Assembly: GCF_040763135.1 (NCBI RefSeq) | Contig: NZ_CP144885.1 | Reading direction: 5' to 3' (one strand) | Source of the DNA: Escherichia coli | GTDB lineage: Bacteria > Pseudomonadota > Gammaproteobacteria > Enterobacterales > Enterobacteriaceae | Length of the DNA: 32,000 nucleotides | The notes under the pieces: generated by a model | What the model saw: the letters and a program-made list of their open reading frames with translations, nothing else | The model's database searches: none | What the model was told of the DNA's origin: nothing | Position numbers and translations under genes: made by a program | Part shown: positions 30,673-32,000 of the stretch, piece by piece | Numbering within the stretch: the first letter of the stretch is position 1 | Layout of the letters: each line of letters starts with the position of its first letter

Positions 30673-30684
30673 GAGTGGGAATGA
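30673..30684 (+). mobile_element. attR-like site
   Basis: GAGTGGGAATGA, copy of the guaA 3' terminus, immediately followed by guaA-terminator-like DNA. Confidence 0.8.
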
Positions 30685-30710
30685 TTTGACCCTGCACTAT
30701 GAATGAACAA

Positions 30711-30740
30711 AACCCTCTGTTACTACAGAGGGTTTTTTGT
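30711..30740 (+). terminator. Displaced native guaA rho-independent terminator
   Basis: AACCCTCTGT-TACT-ACAGAGGGTT + TTTTG, perfect 10-bp stem. Confidence 0.8.
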
Positions 30741-31447
30741 GCACAGAAAACCCCCAGCTAGGCTGGGGGTTCCGGAAAGCTTTCAGCTTTGAGCCAGTTA
30801 TTAAAACCCCTTTTGATTTGTTAAAACACCTTGCGGTCTGGCAACTGCAAGTGTCAAACAAGAAATCAAAAGGGGGTCCCAATGGGGAACGAAAAGAGCT
30901 TAGCGCACACCCGATGGAACTGTAAATATCACATAGTTTTTGCGCCAAAATACCGAAGACAGGTGTTCTACAGAGAGAAGCGTAGAGCAATAGGCAGTAT
31001 TTTGAGAAAGCTGTGTGAGTGGAAAAGCGTACGGATTCTGGAAGCTGAATGCTGTGCAGATCATATCCATATGCTTGTGGAGATCCCGCCTAAAATGAGC
31101 GTATCCGGGTTTATGGGATATCTGAAAGGGAAAAGCAGTCTGATGCTTTACGAGCAGTTTGGTGATTTGAAATTCAAATACAGGAACAGGGAGTTCTGGT
31201 GCAGAGGGTACTACGTCGATACAGTGGGTAAGAACACGGCGAAGATACAGGATTACATAAAGCACCAGCTTGAAGAGGATAAAATGGGAGAGCAGTTATC
31301 GATTCCCTATCCGGGCAGCCCGTTTACGGGCCGTAAGTAACGAAGTTGGATGCAAATGTCAGATCGTGTGCGCCTGTTAGGGCGCGGCTGGTAAGAGAGC
31401 CTTATAGGCGCATTTGAAAAACCTCCGGCTATGCCGGAGGATATTTA
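30740..31447 (+). mobile_element. IS200 (IS200/IS605 family); boundaries approximate
   Basis: Left-end hairpin CCCCCAGC-TAG-GCTGGGGG (30751-30769), IS200 transposase, right-end hairpin CCTCCGGC-TAT-GCCGGAGG (31422-31440); ~707 bp overall. Confidence 0.88.
30882..31340 (+). CDS. tnpA: IS200 transposase TnpA (Y1 HUH)
   Basis: 152 aa; KYHIVFAPKYRRQVFY, CADHIHMLVEIPPK (HUH), GYYVDTVGKNTAKIQDYIKHQ. Confidence 0.95.
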   Translation: MGNEKSLAHTRWNCKYHIVFAPKYRRQVFYREKRRAIGSILRKLCEWKSVRILEAECCADHIHMLVEIPPKMSVSGFMGYLKGKSSLMLYEQFGDLKFKYRNREFWCRGYYVDTVGKNTAKIQDYIKHQLEEDKMGEQLSIPYPGSPFTGRK

Positions 31448-31487
31448 TTATACTCACGAATCATAGGCTTGAAGTTACTGACATCGC

Positions 31488-32000
31488 TTAGTTAAACCAG
31501 CTGTCCGATTTGTTCTCTTCTGCTTTGCCCACGCTTTTCATCAGATCGCGACCGCCCTCAGTCATATTCCTGTTTGCGTCAGCTTCAGATTGCACCACAT
31601 CGGTTTGCGCAGCTTTGTGCTTCAGTTCCTGATCGATAAATTCGTTTTCGCGCTTAACGCGGGCTTCTTCTTTCGCCAGCGCCAGTTTTTGTTTCTGAAT
31701 CTCTAAGCTGCGTAGCTCATCTTCATAACTTTGATCGCGTTTTTTGTCCGCAGTGGCTTCGGCATCCAGTTTATCCTGACGAGCTTTCTTATTTGCCGCT
31801 GCCGTTGCCGCTCTTTTGTTAGCGGCGGCCTGGGCGTTTGCGCGACGTTGCTTCTCTTGCTGGATTTCCCTGTTGCGCTCCGCGATCCATTCGTCATGCT
31901 GCCTTTGCTCTTCATTTTTACCTTGCTGTTCCGCTTCTGCGACAGCAGAGAGTTGATCCTGCAATGATGAGGCGATAGCCGGATAGCTTAAGGAGGCTAA
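31488..32000 (-). CDS. DUF5384-like secreted/periplasmic coiled-coil protein, 5' end outside the window
   Basis: Frame stays open to the window edge; the track's TTG start at 31964 is probably internal because the upstream frame encodes LASLSYPAIASS, resembling a signal-peptide end. Highly charged coiled coil ending SVGKAEENKSDSWFN. Confidence 0.65.
   Translation of the reverse strand, partial: LASLSYPAIASSLQDQLSAVAEAEQQGKNEEQRQHDEWIAERNREIQQEKQRRANAQAAANKRAATAAANKKARQDKLDAEATADKKRDQSYEDELRSLEIQKQKLALAKEEARVKRENEFIDQELKHKAAQTDVVQSEADANRNMTEGGRDLMKSVGKAEENKSDSWFN

Larger units (their letters stand above)
17081..30684 (+). mobile_element. ~13.6 kb mobilizable genomic island integrated at guaA (GIsul2-like backbone, inferred)
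   Basis: Direct-repeat att pair, adjacent tyrosine integrase, AlpA-like gene, RepA plus iterons, TrbL/TrbJ, oriT-like nic region, resolvase, and a compositional shift. Confidence 0.85.

Noticed and set aside
17081-30684. Possibility that the island is a misassembled free plasmid
   Set aside because: guaA-derived repeats occur at both ends with int adjacent, and DNA resembling the native guaA terminator follows the right copy, consistent with genuine integration; long-read confirmation would still be useful.
31488-31964. Treating the right-edge protein as a complete 158-aa CDS starting at TTG 31964
   Set aside because: The frame remains open to position 32000 and encodes signal-peptide-like sequence upstream, so the gene is truncated by the window.

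Overview
Chromosomal Escherichia/Salmonella-type segment: der (3' part) - yfgJ - SinH/CS54-like surface-protein cluster - xseA(-) - guaB - guaA. A ~13.6 kb mobilizable genomic island is inserted at the 3' end of guaA, followed by the displaced native guaA terminator, an IS200 copy, and a 5'-truncated DUF5384-like gene at the right edge. The island runs from attL-like GAGTGGGAGTGA (17081-17092) to attR-like GAGTGGGAATGA (30673-30684). Its gene layout (tyrosine integrase, AlpA-like regulator, RepA, iteron origin, TrbL, TrbK-like and TrbJ genes, mobilization accessory genes, an RK2-like oriT/TraJ region, toxin-antitoxin remnant, serine resolvase) resembles, from memory, GIsul2-type islands. Here the cargo next to attR is a three-gene cassette: a SF1 helicase with a divergent NERD-like N-terminus, a DUF2290-like protein, and a 75-aa orphan. 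This is the best candidate for an undescribed (possibly anti-phage or anti-plasmid) system. A second notable system is the sinH locus: an inverse autotransporter, a small secreted protein sharing modules with both neighbours, and a ~2680-codon giant Ig-like repeat protein interrupted by one in-frame amber codon. Other structures include four iterons plus an inverted iteron containing the repA stop codon, a 10-bp-periodic GCGA array beside oriT, recurring TGTCCG operator-like motifs, a duplicated C-terminal tail in TrbJ and TrbK-like proteins, and an orphan antitoxin. All family assignments come from reading the sequence; no database search was run.
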